A DNA stretch of 64,000 bases. Source: Mytilus edulis. Taxonomy: Eukaryota. Shown in pieces: positions 11,986-25,981 of this stretch. The DNA lies in the NCBI RefSeq assembly GCF_963676685.1, contig NC_092354.1, positions 71,796,001 to 71,860,000 on the forward strand, given 5' to 3'. The position numbers and the translations under genes were made by a program. Each line of letters opens with the position of its first letter. Within the stretch, counting starts at the first letter, position 1. The notes under the pieces were generated by a model. That model was not told the origin of the DNA and made no database searches. It was given only the letters and a program-made list of their open reading frames with translations.

Positions 11986-12904
11986 AAACATCGCTGATGA
12001 TACCTCTGTCTAGATAAACGTTTTGGCATCTATGTATGTTTTGAAATCTGATGTTCAATAGTTGTTGATTTGGTTCATAAGTGTTTCTCGTTTCTCGTTT
12101 TATATAGATTAAACCGTTGATTTTCCAGTTTGAATGGTTTTACACTAGTAAATGATTTCGGCTCTTTATAACTTGATGTCGGTGAGCAAAGGCTCCGTGT
12201 TAAAGACCGTAACTTGACCTATGAGGATTTACTTTTATAAATTATTACTTGGATGGAGAGATGTCTCATTGGCACTCATACCACATCTTCCTTTATCTAT
12301 ATATTAATGATTAATCAAGGTCAACACATCGATTTTTTGGTAATTTCTCAACTATAAACTGTCTGCAAATAAAATTTCTCATATTAAATATATCATCGAA
12401 AATTACTTAGTGACCATAGATGATATTAAAAGAATAAACAACTTTTCTTTGTTTTTCTTCTTTTCAGCAATCACTTCTAATTCTTTTAAACATTTCAAAC
12501 AGTTATTATGATAATAATAATAAACAGACACAACATACCTGTTACGCGATGTTATTGTAATTTTAAATAATTATAATACTAGTTTTATTTCACGATTGGC
12601 TTTTCTAAGAAAATTGTGAATATGTAAAACAATATGTAGGATCAATTACAAATGTTGCATTCAAGTTTCAAGTATCAGGAACAATACATAGAAATTTAAC
12701 CGAAAAAAAAAACCAGTTGAAAATTGATTTTCGAAAAGGTAATTGTCGTGTAAGACATCACTGTCTGCTCTCTATAACAAAATGATAAGAAACCAAGTTT
12801 ACCATGATCATGATGAATTTTTACTGCTATCAACTAATCGGAAATTTCTAACAACCATTGACGGCTATTAAAATCGCCATCGGATGCTGTATTTTCTGGC
12901 GGTG

Positions 12905-13000
12905 TAGAAGACCCATTGGTGGCTTTGGGCTGTTTTCTGCTCTTTGGTTGGGTTGTTGTCTCTTTGACGCATTCCCCATTTCTATTTTCAATTTTAGATT
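12905..13000 (-). repeat. Dispersed repeat fragment (GAAATGGGGAATGCGTCAAAGAGACAACAACC..)
   Basis: Homologous to plus-strand copies at ~16705-16770 and ~29560-29625. Confidence 0.6.
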
Positions 13001-14076
13001 GAAAATCTGATATAATGGCATGACATTTATATACGAAAAAAAAAAGATATACATAAAAAAAAACCAACTCACTATTAATAATCTAAAGGACTAGTTTACA
13101 AGCCGGTAATCTTTGTTGAGATTTGAAACCATTAGTCTTGTCACTTCATACTTTTCACGCAGTTTTTTTTAATTATTATAAACATTATAATGAGAGTTTT
13201 TTTTCTAAAAGAAACGACTGGGCTGAACATGTCTTTTATAACTGTTCAATACAGTTCGAATGGATACGGTATATAGTTTAAATTACATGTCATTTATCTT
13301 CCAAATGTAAAACGTATCTTTCTAGCTTATCTCGTAGACTTCTTTAACATATTTAACCTAGGTATTTATTTAATTCTTTAATTCCCTTTTTTTCGAAATA
13401 AAAACTAACCATTTAAAATAAAAGGCCAAAAATATGAAGTTGAATGGTGCTAATTGAAAGAATAAAGGCCCCGCGTGCATTATCGGTTAACTGTGAACAT
13501 AGATTACATCCCTAATTTGGCATACAATTGGCACATGGACGTACATGTTTGGCTATACAAAAATGAACCTGATTTCTTTTAAAATACAAATTCTAACATG
13601 ACGTCCTTCAAACGCTTTGAGTACACATCCGTGGTAAAATATGAATATATTGCATTGACTGTGTCGATCGTACTCCCACGTCATATGTTTTTTGTTTTAT
13701 GAATGAAGTACCCGACGTATGATGACGTAATAATTAAAGCATTTTACGGGAAAATACACGCTTCTGATACCGAAAATGATCACTGCAAGGAACGTAAACA
13801 AGCGATGCTGAAATGTGGTATAAGCCCATTTTTTATACATAGAAAACATATAAGAAAATTATCATCAAAATTCATCCAAATCTATCTAAATACGTTATTG
13901 TAAAAAGTTTGGGCATTTCGCTTATTCTGTTCGATCCGTTATTTTACGCCAATCTAAAAGTGCGTTAATTTATGGGAACGGCAAATATTTGCCTCCACCT
14001 AGAGCGCTTCGATTCAAAAGAATTGCCGTATTTGTCCAATTAATTAATCGAACTAATTTATGGGGGAATATATCTA

Positions 14077-14174
14077 GATTTTACCACGGGTTGTCCCTTC
14101 ATGCCGATATTTTATCCCTCGTTATCGCTCAGGGTAATATATTTGTCATAAAGGGCCAAACCGTGGTAAAATCA
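14077..14174. repeat. Imperfect palindrome (GATTTTACCACGG..CCGTGGTAAAATC), possibly the core of a Crypton-like non-autonomous element
   Basis: ~27-bp imperfect arms around a ~45-nt spacer; a third arm copy CCGTGGTAAAAT at ~13629. Lies ~55 bp upstream of the ATG of the plus-strand LDLa gene A. Confidence 0.5.
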
Positions 14175-14227
14175 TGATAATTCCAGCCCGCATGAGGTGG
14201 ACGATTCGTTTTGTAGATTTGAAAGTC

Positions 14228-17200
14228 ATGTGGAATAGTTTGTACATATTGGTTTGCATAAGTTTGACACTTTGGACAGGAAAAGGTATGGATACCAGAG
14301 ATTTTTGTTTGTTTTTGAATCTGTACGTTTACACCACATAAAGATTCTTTCATTAAACATTCAATAAATCCTTTCGTATACCATCAGGTAATGGAGGAAC
14401 ACGCTGATATTTTGTCTTCGTTTAAAGGGGCACTAGCTTAGAGATATATACAAAATATTAGATAGGATTTGTTTTGTTAAATCATTAATAAAAGTGAAAT
14501 AGTGAAATATTATATAGCTTTTAGCAGCCAGCATGGTTAATGGTTCAATTTTGCCACAATAAGCTAAGAAACATTGATGATGAATTATGCACTTGCAAGT
14601 GGCTTATTCGACCTCATTGAATCCGTATCCATATAAACTTCAATGTAACCCCTTAGCTAGAGATGGATATTGCATGCATTGCTCGTGTTCAATTATATAA
14701 AGAAAAATAATGTCAACATTGAAAGTGAATCGAAGGAATCATCTGATTGACTGTTTCGACCCACAAAAAAAATCATTCTTATACAGGAAAACACGATGAT
14801 TAACATATTTTTAAAACTTATCGGCCATAGAAAAATCCAAATGCACGAGTTTGATACTATCTGTTTTCCTTTATATCAATATTTATGTTTATATCGTTAT
14901 TAGGCAATCGGAGGTCTTAGGAATCAACTCGACAGTTAATCATATGACGTCTAGACTAAAATACACACTAAATAAATTAACCGATTATTGTAGACTTTAT
15001 AATTTGAATAAATGTTTTGCATTGTCATAAATCAAATATGAAAATTAGAGTCAAATCGGTAAACATAAATTTGACAAATAGTGCCCCTTTGATTATTTTG
15101 AATATATACGTATTATTTCAACGTTATTCAACTCGAAATAAAAGTCCCTATGATACAGTGATTAGGTTTGGCAATACAATAGTAGTGTAATCCTAAAAGT
15201 TTGACACGCAAGTTGCTTTTAATGATTGTACATTCATTTGTAAAGAATGATTCACAGACAAGATCAAAGGTTACCTTACAGTTCCGTTTCTATACTGCAA
15301 TTATGACAACGTTTAAACATTATTTCTCGACTTTTCAAGGCTTGGGTTGATTTAGAGCTTGAAGTATTGCGTTGAATTACACCGGTTGTTGTAGAATGTA
15401 TAATATATTGTCTTCCACATGTATTTATTGTTAGTGTTGATTTCGTTGCTGCCTCATTCACGTATACCCAATATCATTTTATTCATTTTGATTTGCACTA
15501 AGGTGAGGAATGTCCTACACGTGGTACGACAAAACAGATGCGATGTATGAATCGGAACTGTATACCAATAGAGTGGAAATGTGACGGAGAAAGAGATTGT
15601 GGACCACATGATAATACGGATGAAGCTAATTGTAAACTTTTAGGTGAGTTAATATTACCTACTTGGAACACTTTTCCCTAATCCCGAATTTCTACCTTAG
15701 CAAGATCGTTTAATCAAATGAACCTTCTTAAACTATTGTAAGACAAAACATCAAGAAGCGGTATTTTTGCAGTTAACATTTTGTCATACGAATGTTTGCA
15801 ATTAAATTGAACTCCGAGGCATACATTGTCGTGAGCAACCCATGCTTGAATTGTAATGAGCTTTATTTTGAAAATTCTTTCATACCCATTACTTAACAAT
15901 TCAAATCAGATGAAACAAAATAACAGTTTTAAATTAATTAAACTATGATATCTGGACGAACAGGCACAGTTAGACAACACAATAACATGCATATGTATGC
16001 CAACTGATTAAAACGTTCTGATACATTTCTAATTGTATTGCTTATGGTTAAGTTGTACATGTTAAGAACTAGAACCTGGTTAGTTATTTACCATTCTTTA
16101 GGTTTTTCATCTTGGGATTGATATACAAACGGTTACTAGACAATAGGCTCAATTAAACATATACTAGTGGTAAGTAAATGACAACTCCAGGAAATCACTG
16201 CTGTATTGTGTTTGATACGTGGCAAATAATTATAACTTTCATATATCTCATCCAGATGATAACTGTGCAAAGAATCCCGATAAATATTTTCGGTGTGAGC
16301 TATCTGGTTCCTGTATTCCTAAGCAATGGCGATGTGATGGAAACAGTGACTGTGGACCAGGTGATAGCACAGATGAAAACAGTTGTAGTGAATTATTAGG
16401 TAGGAGTTGGTTCAAATTTGCTTTTTCAGCCTATTGTACCAAAGCTTGACATATGACGCCGGTTCATATTCATATCAGTTCTTACATGAATACTGTCGTT
16501 TGGTGTGTTTGAGCTTTTGATTTTGCCAACGTTTGCAGTTAGGTATTTTTGTTATAAATTTTGATGAACACGACTGTTTCGTTGAAGGTAAGCATGTTAC
16601 TATTGCATCAATACACGTTCTATCGGAAATATGACAGAGAAAATGTACGTATCATGCACTACAGAATCAACTTTTCGTTATCACATATTTCGTAAAATAT
16701 AGAACTGAAATGGGGAATATGTCAAACAGTCAAAAACCCTACAAAATAGCAGATAACAGCCGAAGATTACATATATAAGGAAATGAAACTAAAAATCACA
16801 CAAGATAAACAAATGACAGAGGATTTGTCTTCGGACAGGAGTGAAAATGCTGCGGGGTTAACATGTTTATTGAGATCTCAACCCTCATCCTATATCTCTT
16901 TATTATTTCGATTTTTTTTAACAATAGACACAAGTAGCAGATAAATTATTTAGATAATCAGAAATGATTTCTATATCTTAGTTACCCTGGACTTGTGAGA
17001 TATAACACATCAACATTCATGTTGCTCATATCGAATATAAAAAGTAACTTACAAGTTGGTTTCATTCATAGCGAAAGATGCGTGCGACGCTAAAACCAGC
17101 TTCCGTTGTTCTGTCAGTAATGATTGCATATACAAAGGATGGAAGTGTGATGGTGAATTTGATTGTGGAGCAGACGATACGTCAGATGAGAATGATTGTG

Positions 17201-19231
17201 AAGCAGGTTAGATTCACAACAGCATTTCAAATTCAAAGTTTCATTCTATGTTATCATTTCAAAAGCTTACACCAAAACGTTATGAATGGTTTAAAAGAGG
17301 GACGAAATATACCAAAGGGAGAGTCAAACTCGCAGATAGAAAATAAACTGACAACGCCATTGCTAAAAATAAAAAAGATAAACAGAAAAATAATAGTACA
17401 GAAGACACAACATAGAAAACTGAAGAATAAGCAACACAAACCACACCAAAAACTTGGGGTGATCTCATGTGCTCTGGAAAACGTACTAAACAATGGACTT
17501 TCCACCAATGACGTAATGTTATTTTCATTATGGTGTAAGATAATTGAGAATACCCATATTTTTTATATTATAAAAAATGCGAGTTGAATATGCTTTTTTT
17601 TCTTTCTATCGCAATGATTTTCAACCCTTATCTCCTTTTATAAACCCAAAGGAAAGAAAATACCAAACTATTGTGCGGTTTAAATATTTGAAATTTGAAA
17701 AGATTCTTTTAAAAAGCCGACAGTAGGTATTCACAACTACTTTTCAAATGCGATCTAGAAATATAACGGCAATTGTAAGGTTATTTTTTGCCTTAATGAC
17801 ATTTTGTTAGGGTGACAGAAGAACTGACGATTCTCTGTTTTTAAATCAGTCATCTGTATCTATTGTCCATTCCATATCATTTTGTTAAATTGTCTTCTAT
17901 TTGTGAATAGATACGAACACAATAGAATAGCCTATCGAAAAACATCAGTAGCAGTAGATGACACCCAAACTCTTTTTACACAAAAATTAGTAGATTATAG
18001 TCTTTATATCAGTTCACATGCCTTTTTCAAAATCAATCTACACTTAAGCTTGTTTGAACTAGAAGTATTTTTAACACATACATTTCAAAATCAAGGGTCT
18101 ATTTTGATATTAATAAAATAACAAAAAAATGATATCAACTTTTAACTTTGAATCAGGGATTTTATAAAAATTTTAGCACTTATTTCAGTGAATTTGTAAC
18201 ATCCTAACCTATATTTTGAGGGCTTTTACTACATCCATGAGATTTAAATTTCACTGTTGCATGTTGTATACACCAGTACAAAATCACTTTAACTGTTAGT
18301 GATTTTACAAAACCGCTAATTATTCCAGGGAATTTTACATAATCACTGGTTTTACAAATTCATCGTAAAATATACACGAATCGAACCTATATACTATCTA
18401 ACCCATGCTCTGTAAACTGTTTAATTTAGACTTCGGATAGTTTGGATAAATGTTTTACATTGTTATAAAGAAATATGAGAATTTGAGTCAAATCGGTGAC
18501 CATGAATTTTACAGCTAATGCCCCTTTGATAAATGATTAAAACGTAACACACAAGTGTATACTTGTCTAAACAAAACCATGAATGTATTCACTGTAATTC
18601 GAACAACTCAAACCTGAACACATTCTCAGAAAAGACATGACCAGAGAGAGAGGTCTATCAAGTAATAAAAGCAGGATTTATTCACATTTTCATACATGAC
18701 GAATGTATGTTTCAAGCCAAGAGTTCGACAGCTGTTTTAGATTAAAATGCTCTAGACTAGATTTTTTTTTTTTATTTTCCATTTTTCTTTATCGACTTTT
18801 CTATTATTATTTTTATTGAGTTTCGGTATTTTATTAATAAGCGTTTTTTAATCATTGCTTTTTTGAACAAATTGAATATTTTTGTGATACAATAAGATTA
18901 TTACAAATGTATGAACCAAACAAGAGTGTTTTATAGCAATATATTGCAATACACATTTTGTAAGCCTGTATCAGTTCTCGAGCTAAAGCCTCAAGACCGA
19001 TATATGGGAGTCTCAGGATGATGCCAGGGTCAATATGGAAAAGGGCATGTTGAAATCTATACGTATATGTTATGCACTTGATATATTATTTGTTTTTCAT
19101 TGGTAGATTTTTGCAGTTATAAAGAATATGAATGTAAGTCGGGAGAATGCATTCCTTTAAATTGGACATGTGATAAGGAATACGACTGTTCTGATGGGTC
19201 AGATGAAAGCGAGGCTTTCTGCACACTCTAA
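14228..19231 (+). CDS. Secreted protein: signal peptide plus 4 LDLa modules, ~200 aa, no TM (plus gene A)
   Basis: Exons 14228-14285 ([19 protein letters not shown]), 15503-15643 ([38 protein letters not shown]), 16256-16399 ([42 protein letters not shown]), 17072-17206 ([40 protein letters not shown]), 19107-19231 ([40 protein letters not shown]). All introns GT-AG, phase 1, frame intact; AATAAA at ~19258. Confidence 0.88.
14426..15088. mobile_element. Kolobok-like MITE in intron 1 of LDLa plus gene A
   Basis: TIR AGGGGCACTA..TAGTGCCCCT, flanked by TTAA / TTGA; homologous to 31211-31883. Confidence 0.75.
17292..17482 (-). mobile_element. Penelope-like element 3' fragment (also ~30146-30332)
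   Basis: Reverse complement of the 3' part of the element at 52125-52624. Confidence 0.65.
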
Positions 19232-21305
19232 ATTGACTCTTTTCTTACACATAATTTAATAAAAAGGAATATAATGTATTACATGTATAATTGATATTCA
19301 ATATTGATTTGTGACATAATAGCCTTATTCATCAAGTTTAGTATAGACAATGAAATAAAACTATGATTAAGTGAAACTCATTATTCCTATTGCGAAACAC
19401 CTATATTTAGTGTCCTTAAAAGAACATATCCACTGGGTACGATTGAAATAGCATGCCCTCTGTTCTTCGAAAAACTAGTCCCTGAGTGATATAAGTAGTC
19501 AAAATACATAATAAGCCAAAGTTTGATGTTTTCCTACTAAAGTTCAGTGTTTATATAAAGGCACTCTGGCCTTCTACTTACAAAACGGACAACATGGACA
19601 ACGAATGTAGGAAATGCATGCAATCTATACTTAAAGTACTACACATGTGGTGTTAAATTGACTATACAGTTTTTGATTTGCTGAAAAATATGTAAATTTT
19701 GCTGGAACTTTTTTTGACGATATTCTGTTGAGGTGCATGGCATATGGCTTATGTGTTATACTGCTTGTAACGACATATAACATATGGGCCTCTATCTAGC
19801 AGAGTGACTTTCTGTATCGCTGGTTGAAATCCCAAAAGAAAAAGAAACACCAATAAAAAAAGACGTGTAGTATTTGCCCATGAGACAGCCACCTACGCAT
19901 AGTATTCTTCAACAAACGCGTGCTTATTCATTCTGTTTTGTTCTTGATTCTTGATTGTGTATAGTACCTTACGATAAACTATCGGAATATATAATTGACG
20001 CCCGACAAGCAAAAACGACCCTTATGGCAAAAATTATGAATTATCAGATTTTTTATTAACTAAACAGAAAATACTTATGCCAACTCAATGTAAAAAAATT
20101 GAAAACGATCGGTGAAAAATTAGTTAAGAAATTTCAATTTTGGTAACACATGTGTTCTAACGTAAAATTCAACGTAACGTTGGAATCATACACTTTGACG
20201 TCGATTTAAGTTTGCAGCAATTTACTACTTTACTTTTCTCCTGGTACTTGACAAAATGTAGCCTGATAATCCTTCCTAGCATATGGACGTTTTTGTTTTA
20301 ATATAGATGTTCCTACCTAACACGTGCAGTTCTGGCTGCAGGAATAACTACAGGACGAGCCAACTTATCGAACTATTATAAAGGACGATGAAGAGTATCT
20401 ATTTCTTTTTTTTTTTCTTTTTTTTTTTGTAAAATTAATTTCTGATTTATCATGAGCAACGATGAAATAATGGTACTTTCTGATACCATAGAATAGGTTT
20501 AATCAAAACAGATAAAATTGGTTTCTAATCTCTCCATTGCTAAGTAGTTTCATCGTTCTCTTGCTTACAATATTAACCGACTTATCTTATTGATGATGAT
20601 TTTTGGAAGAATTCTGCCACATGCAATACAGTATCACAGTTTGATCGTCAATATTTTCTTTAGCTTGACAAAATCTACCAAACGTTTAGTATGACCAAAG
20701 GCTTATTTTTCTAATATTGTCCAGTTACATGTAGCACACACAAAGCAAGATAGTCAGTCATATACCGATTTTTTTTCTCCTACAATAACAGAACAATAAA
20801 GACTTTCATTTGTTGGATTTCAAATATAAAAGAATTCTTTTTATTTTGGTAGCGGTTTCAGTGTTATCTTAAATGTAATAAAACAAAAACACACTGAAGT
20901 GTGAACTCCTGATTCTTCCAGGGCACTATCTGTTTTTCATGGGGTTCGTGTTGCTCAATATTTAAATTTCTGTGTTATTTTTTGTTTCACTCGTTTGATT
21001 TTAAGACATGGTCATCTGAGTTTTCTGTTTATGATTTATGATTTCACGTGTGGTGTCTGTTTGTATTTATTTGATATTAAGGATCAACTTGACTAATTTT
21101 TACTCTTATTTGATATTTCTAAGGTTCAGTTTGAATCAATTCACATTGCCAGTTAAAACAGTTTGGCCATTCAAAATCAAATTGACAATAAAATTAGAAA
21201 TGAAATATTGATTAAAGGAGCTTAATGTGGGAATTTGTCGTGGAAGGTCAGTGTTTTGAACATTTAATCTAAAGGAGCGGAATATATTTTGCCAATAGGG
21301 CGTTA

Positions 21306-21541
21306 CAGCCGATTCTATTGAGTGTGAAGGCAAAGGTAATATCTTTGGTTAGCTTGATTCGCAGCTAGCTTAACCGTGAAGTCATTTTTAATTCAGGTAA
21401 ACTACACTTCTTTAAAAGTAGACTCATCCGACATGTAACCAATCTATCTGTCTGTAAGACCAGGCTACTCCGAAAGGATGGTCGTATACCTTAGCTAACC
21501 AAAGATATTACCTTTGCCTACACACTCAATGGAATCGGCTG
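21306..21541. mobile_element. Tc1/mariner-type MITE
   Basis: ~50-bp TIRs CAGCCGATTC(T/C)ATTGAGTGTG(A/T)AGGCAAAGGTAATATCTTTGGTTAGCT, with TA on both sides. Confidence 0.8.
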
Positions 21542-23018
21542 TAATTAATTTAATTGTTTCAAATTTTTCATATCGGGGTCTTTTATAGCCGATGATACGG
21601 TATGTTTTATCTCAATGTTGAAGGCCTATAACTACGACCTGGGACTATTGTAATAGTATAAGAGTCCCATCTACGACACACATCAGAATATATAAATGCA
21701 AATATTATGTGCGGACAGCAAAGCGACCAGACATTTGTCCATTATGTTCAGTGGACACATCTAGTCTATAGATGCTCCGTGTTGAAGACCGTACTTTGAC
21801 CTATAAGGGTTTCGTTTTTAAAATTATGACATGGATGGTGAGTTTTTTCATTGGCACTCATACTCATCTTCTTACATCTACATCCAGTTCCATTTGTCTG
21901 AAATGCTGATACATATGTGTCAAAACCCGACTATTTTGATTCACAAGAAGATAACACAACCTGAGGTTCAGAGTCATGTCTGTTATGAGGTACTGTTTGT
22001 GGTAAACCATGCAGACTAGAATAATTTTTCAAATATTGTACCAATGAAAATGTATTTTTTGGACGTCTATTAAAATTTTGATATTTTCTTGGTATTTCTT
22101 TTACTGTTGATGTGTTTAATCAAAGATTTTAAACGGGACTCTCGAATACTATAGGTTACAGAAATGTATCTCGACAAACTTACCTGTCGTCGAAAGTTTA
22201 TGTAAAATTTTGTTCGCTTTCGCTCTCCGTATCTAGAACGGGATTTATCTACGCCGTTTTATTTTAATTTACCCAATAAATACATATCTTTGCCTTCTTT
22301 GAATAGTTCATTTCTACATGTATTATCTTCAATGTTATCGTTAAATGAGAACTGCAGCTGCAATTTCATTCGTTTCAGATATATTTCTTGCAATAAATAT
22401 ATATGCATGTCAATGTTTACAAAACGAACTAAAATGCACGTAAAAATAAAAATAAAAGTGATTTAAACGAAAAATAACATTTGAAAACTTTATCAAATAA
22501 CATTAAAAATAATAATATATAATAAAAAAACTAACATTAATAGTAAGCTCAAAGTACATAAGATATATCTTGTTGGTCTTCACTCTAATATCGGTTGCTG
22601 AACCTGATTGATTTATATAAAATCGAAAGGTCTTTCGTTAAAAGATTTTAAGTTAGTTGTAATCAATCCAGTTGAAATCTTTTGGCTCTATTGACTAGTC
22701 ATCAATCCAACAAGAACAGTACACAAACCATTACCAAAAACAAAATACCAAAAAAGCAAGTGCTGCTGTAATGGTATACACCAATTGCCAATCGCAAAAT
22801 ATAAATCAATACTTAAAGCAGAACTAGCTATATTTATTTTTTCGTGGTATTATTCACATCATGTATAATGGTATGAATATGATAATGCTATAATTATCCA
22901 AATAATATATAAGAACATTTACTAATACAAACTTAAAAAAATGCAAGTAGTTGTACTTCCAAATCAATGTATTTTAAGACAGTGTTCTTCAATGATATAA
23001 GTATTCATTAAAGCATCT

Positions 23019-25981
23019 TCATGAATTTGCGCATTCTTCTTCATCTGACTGATCACCAGTCCCGCAATCAAACTCTTCATCACATTTCCATTTCAATATT
23101 ATACACCTTCCACTTGCTGTACACCGGAAGTGATTATCTGGATCAAGATCACAGTAGTCTGCAAATATGAAAAATAAAACTATAAAATATAACATACTTA
23201 ATGCTATAACGATTTATGGATAAAGGACTTAATGGTCGGCAATGATCATACCAAAACAAACAAGTTCCCACAGCGTTCAACTACCAACACTGCGGGTGGT
23301 ATGAGTGCCAATGAGACAACTCTCCATCCAAATAACAATTTATAAAAGTAAACCAGTTTGCTATACCATGACTATCGATGTTGCAGTAACGTATTCGACT
23401 TGGTACAATAATTAGAATCATAATTGCGGTCATCCAGTAATAAACTTAAAATTTATAAATATTTTTTAGAAATGAAAATAGATAACATGAATAAGTTACA
23501 AAACGTTTGTACCCGAAACGAATTTTGGGATTAAGATTCAACAGGAATGTTTCACAAAGTTTAAACCAATTATATGTAACTAAATAAATGCTCCAGAGGG
23601 TAAGCAGATCCTGCTCTACCTGTGTCACAGATCGCACTGTACATGTTCAAACAAACAAAATCCCAGTAATGAATCGATTTCGTTAATGTCACAGTCGGGA
23701 GATGATAACAATTTCGAGTAGATAAAAGAGCACACAATGATACATGAGCTATGATAGATTCACACTTTCGTTTAAAAAATCAAGTTTTTATATTTGAGTA
23801 ATATTTTATTTGTTAACACTATTAAACTAAAGATATATTGTTAACTTATACCTTACCTTTGCCTTCACATTGGATCTCGTCAGAGTTATCAGAGCAGTCT
23901 GGAACTCCATCACACAACCATCTTTGAGGAATGCACCTCCCACATTCACACCTAAATCCGGAGCATTGACCTATAGATGATAAATGGATGAATAATGTTT
24001 GCCATTGCTTTAATATAGAAAAACATGTTTTATAAAGTAACTACATTATTACTAAACTTTCTTATTTTAAACACAATCTCAAAATATTTAATACTAATGA
24101 AATTTCGAATACGAATTATATAAACCATCTCTGTGGTTGATCCAAGGTATCGGGTCGGGCAATTGGTTCCGGGAGTTAGATCAACCTTTTATTTTAAAAT
24201 CAATTTTGGATGGGGACATTTGGTTTTAGAATTGCGGGATTTGGCACTGGATCTTTTATGTTTGGTAATACATATCTATCAGTTCCCCGTAGAGTATATT
24301 TTAGACAAGTTTCCTTTTGACCAAAAACAATAGTCTGTAACTAACATTACAATTTAAACTAAATGCAGAAGATAGTAGGAAAGAACATTATAGATGTCAA
24401 AGGATTGGTACATGAACCGGCTAATGTATTTGGTCTACACAATCAAGAATAAAGTTCCTCTAGAAAGTTTAAAGAAGCAACTAAATAATCAGTACGCACG
24501 ATATACCATCCCTACTAAATTATATAGAGTATATCATTATTAATAAACAAAATTACCACAGAGATGCCTATTGTCCTCGTCTGAAGTATCATCTAAGCCG
24601 CAGTCTTTATCACCGTCACATCGCCAACTCGATGGTATACATCTACAGTTTGTGCATTGAAAATATCCACTTGGACATGATGTACATATCGTTTCGTCTG
24701 TTATGTCTGCAAACATATACATACAGTTGTTTTATTTTAAATTCTTACCTCTGCTGCCCCATCAACTTTCGAACATATATTCAATATATCAGTGATAAAA
24801 ATTATTAAGAGGAACTCAAAAACAAATATGTCAATAGACAGAAAGAGACAGAAAAACAAAGAATATGTCAATAGACAGAAAGAGACAGAAGAACGAACAT
24901 AAAAAAACTGTTCACAGAAAACTAAAGATTGAGACGCAAGGACCCCATCCAAGATGAGGGACAACATTAATGTTCATATTATCATGATCACAGAAAACTA
25001 AAGATTGAGACGCAAGGACCCCATCAATGATGAGGGACAACATCAATGTTCATATTATCATGATCACGGAAAACTAAAGATTCAGACGCAAGGACCCCAT
25101 CCAAGATGAGGGACAACATCAATGTTCATTTTATCATGATCACGGAAAACTAGAAATTCAGACGCAAGGACCCCATCCAAGATGAGGGACAACATCAATG
25201 TTCATATTATCATGATTACAGAAAACTAAAGATTAGGACACAAGGACCCCATCCAAGATGAGGGACAACATCAATGTTCATCATGATCACAGAAAACCAA
25301 CATTAGTTGATAATGACAATGAAAAGGAAACAGGGCTCTGGTAAAAGAACATATGCATGGTAATCAGGTAATCCATATTGGTCATCAAAATCATGTCGGC
25401 ATCACCAGTAGTGTATAACCATGTATAATGTATGTATAATGAGCCGAGCTCTATTTGTCCTTGATCAAATGACGTTGGTTATAAATCTTCTAAAACAATA
25501 CTGATTTTGCAGTGCATCACATCATCTGAATTCCTTATTGCCAAAGATATCAAGTCATACACGAATATTTGAACATCGTAATGTCCGACGGGGTATATAA
25601 TCTTGCACAGGCACATTCAGATGTTTACATTTTAAGACGTCAGGATTAAATGAGGCCGAAATCCATCTGCAAAATTAAAGTTCCAATTAAAGTTAACCCT
25701 CTGTTTTTTCTAGTTCAGATGGAAAGTAAATGTCACAAGTTTTTGCTCAGCTGAGTTTATTCGGGTACATGGTCGGCCTTTATAATTTGCATCATTTAAA
25801 AGAAGTGGGCTGCATGATTTGTTCAAGCCCAAGTCTTATGAGTAACGCTTGCTGTTATTGTGTAGGTTTTTTCTTACGAAATACGAATTAAAGTTAAGAA
25901 TCACTTACCTTGCATCACAACTGAACAATGAAGCGGTATGCCAAAATGGAATACTAAAATGAAAATCGAATGATAGTTCAT
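23019..25981 (-). CDS. Secreted protein: signal peptide plus 3 LDLa modules, ~158 aa, no TM (minus gene A)
   Basis: Exons 25981-25909 ([30 protein letters not shown] donor), 24706-24557 ([44 protein letters not shown]), 23970-23857 ([34 protein letters not shown]), 23158-23019 ([45 protein letters not shown]). All introns GT-AG, phase 1. Confidence 0.88.
24913..25297. repeat. 76-bp minisatellite, 5 copies, in intron 1 of minus gene A
   Basis: Unit CACAGAAAACTAAAGATTGAGACGCAAGGACCCCATCCAAGATGAGGGACAACATCAATGTTCATATTATCATGAT at 24913, 24989, 25065, 25141 and 25217; a single copy in the paralogue (~35667-35751). Confidence 0.9.

Noticed and set aside
16178-17587. Track ORFs 16178-16399 and 17078-17587 (and paralogues 29033 and 29934)
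   Set aside because: Wrong-frame readings of LDLa exons running into intron and repeat sequence.
15503-19231. Positive selection across the plus-strand LDLa genes
   Set aside because: A hand count of A vs B module exons gave about 7 replacement and 5 silent differences, not an excess given the site ratio.
9350-22250. Isolated strong minus-strand splice donors (near 9358 and 22183) as first exons
   Set aside because: No supporting coding signal or partner exons; such motifs arise by chance at this length.
25500-25666. Exon-like block with a good acceptor in intron 1 of the minus LDLa genes (also ~35955-36122)
   Set aside because: The phase-compatible frame stops after about 11 codons, the other frames also stop, and no domain is recognisable.
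11109-25981. Possible LDLa-VMO1 fusion on the minus strand
   Set aside because: LDLa exons end in phase 1, the VMO1 exon starts in phase 0, and the LDLa gene has its own stop exon.
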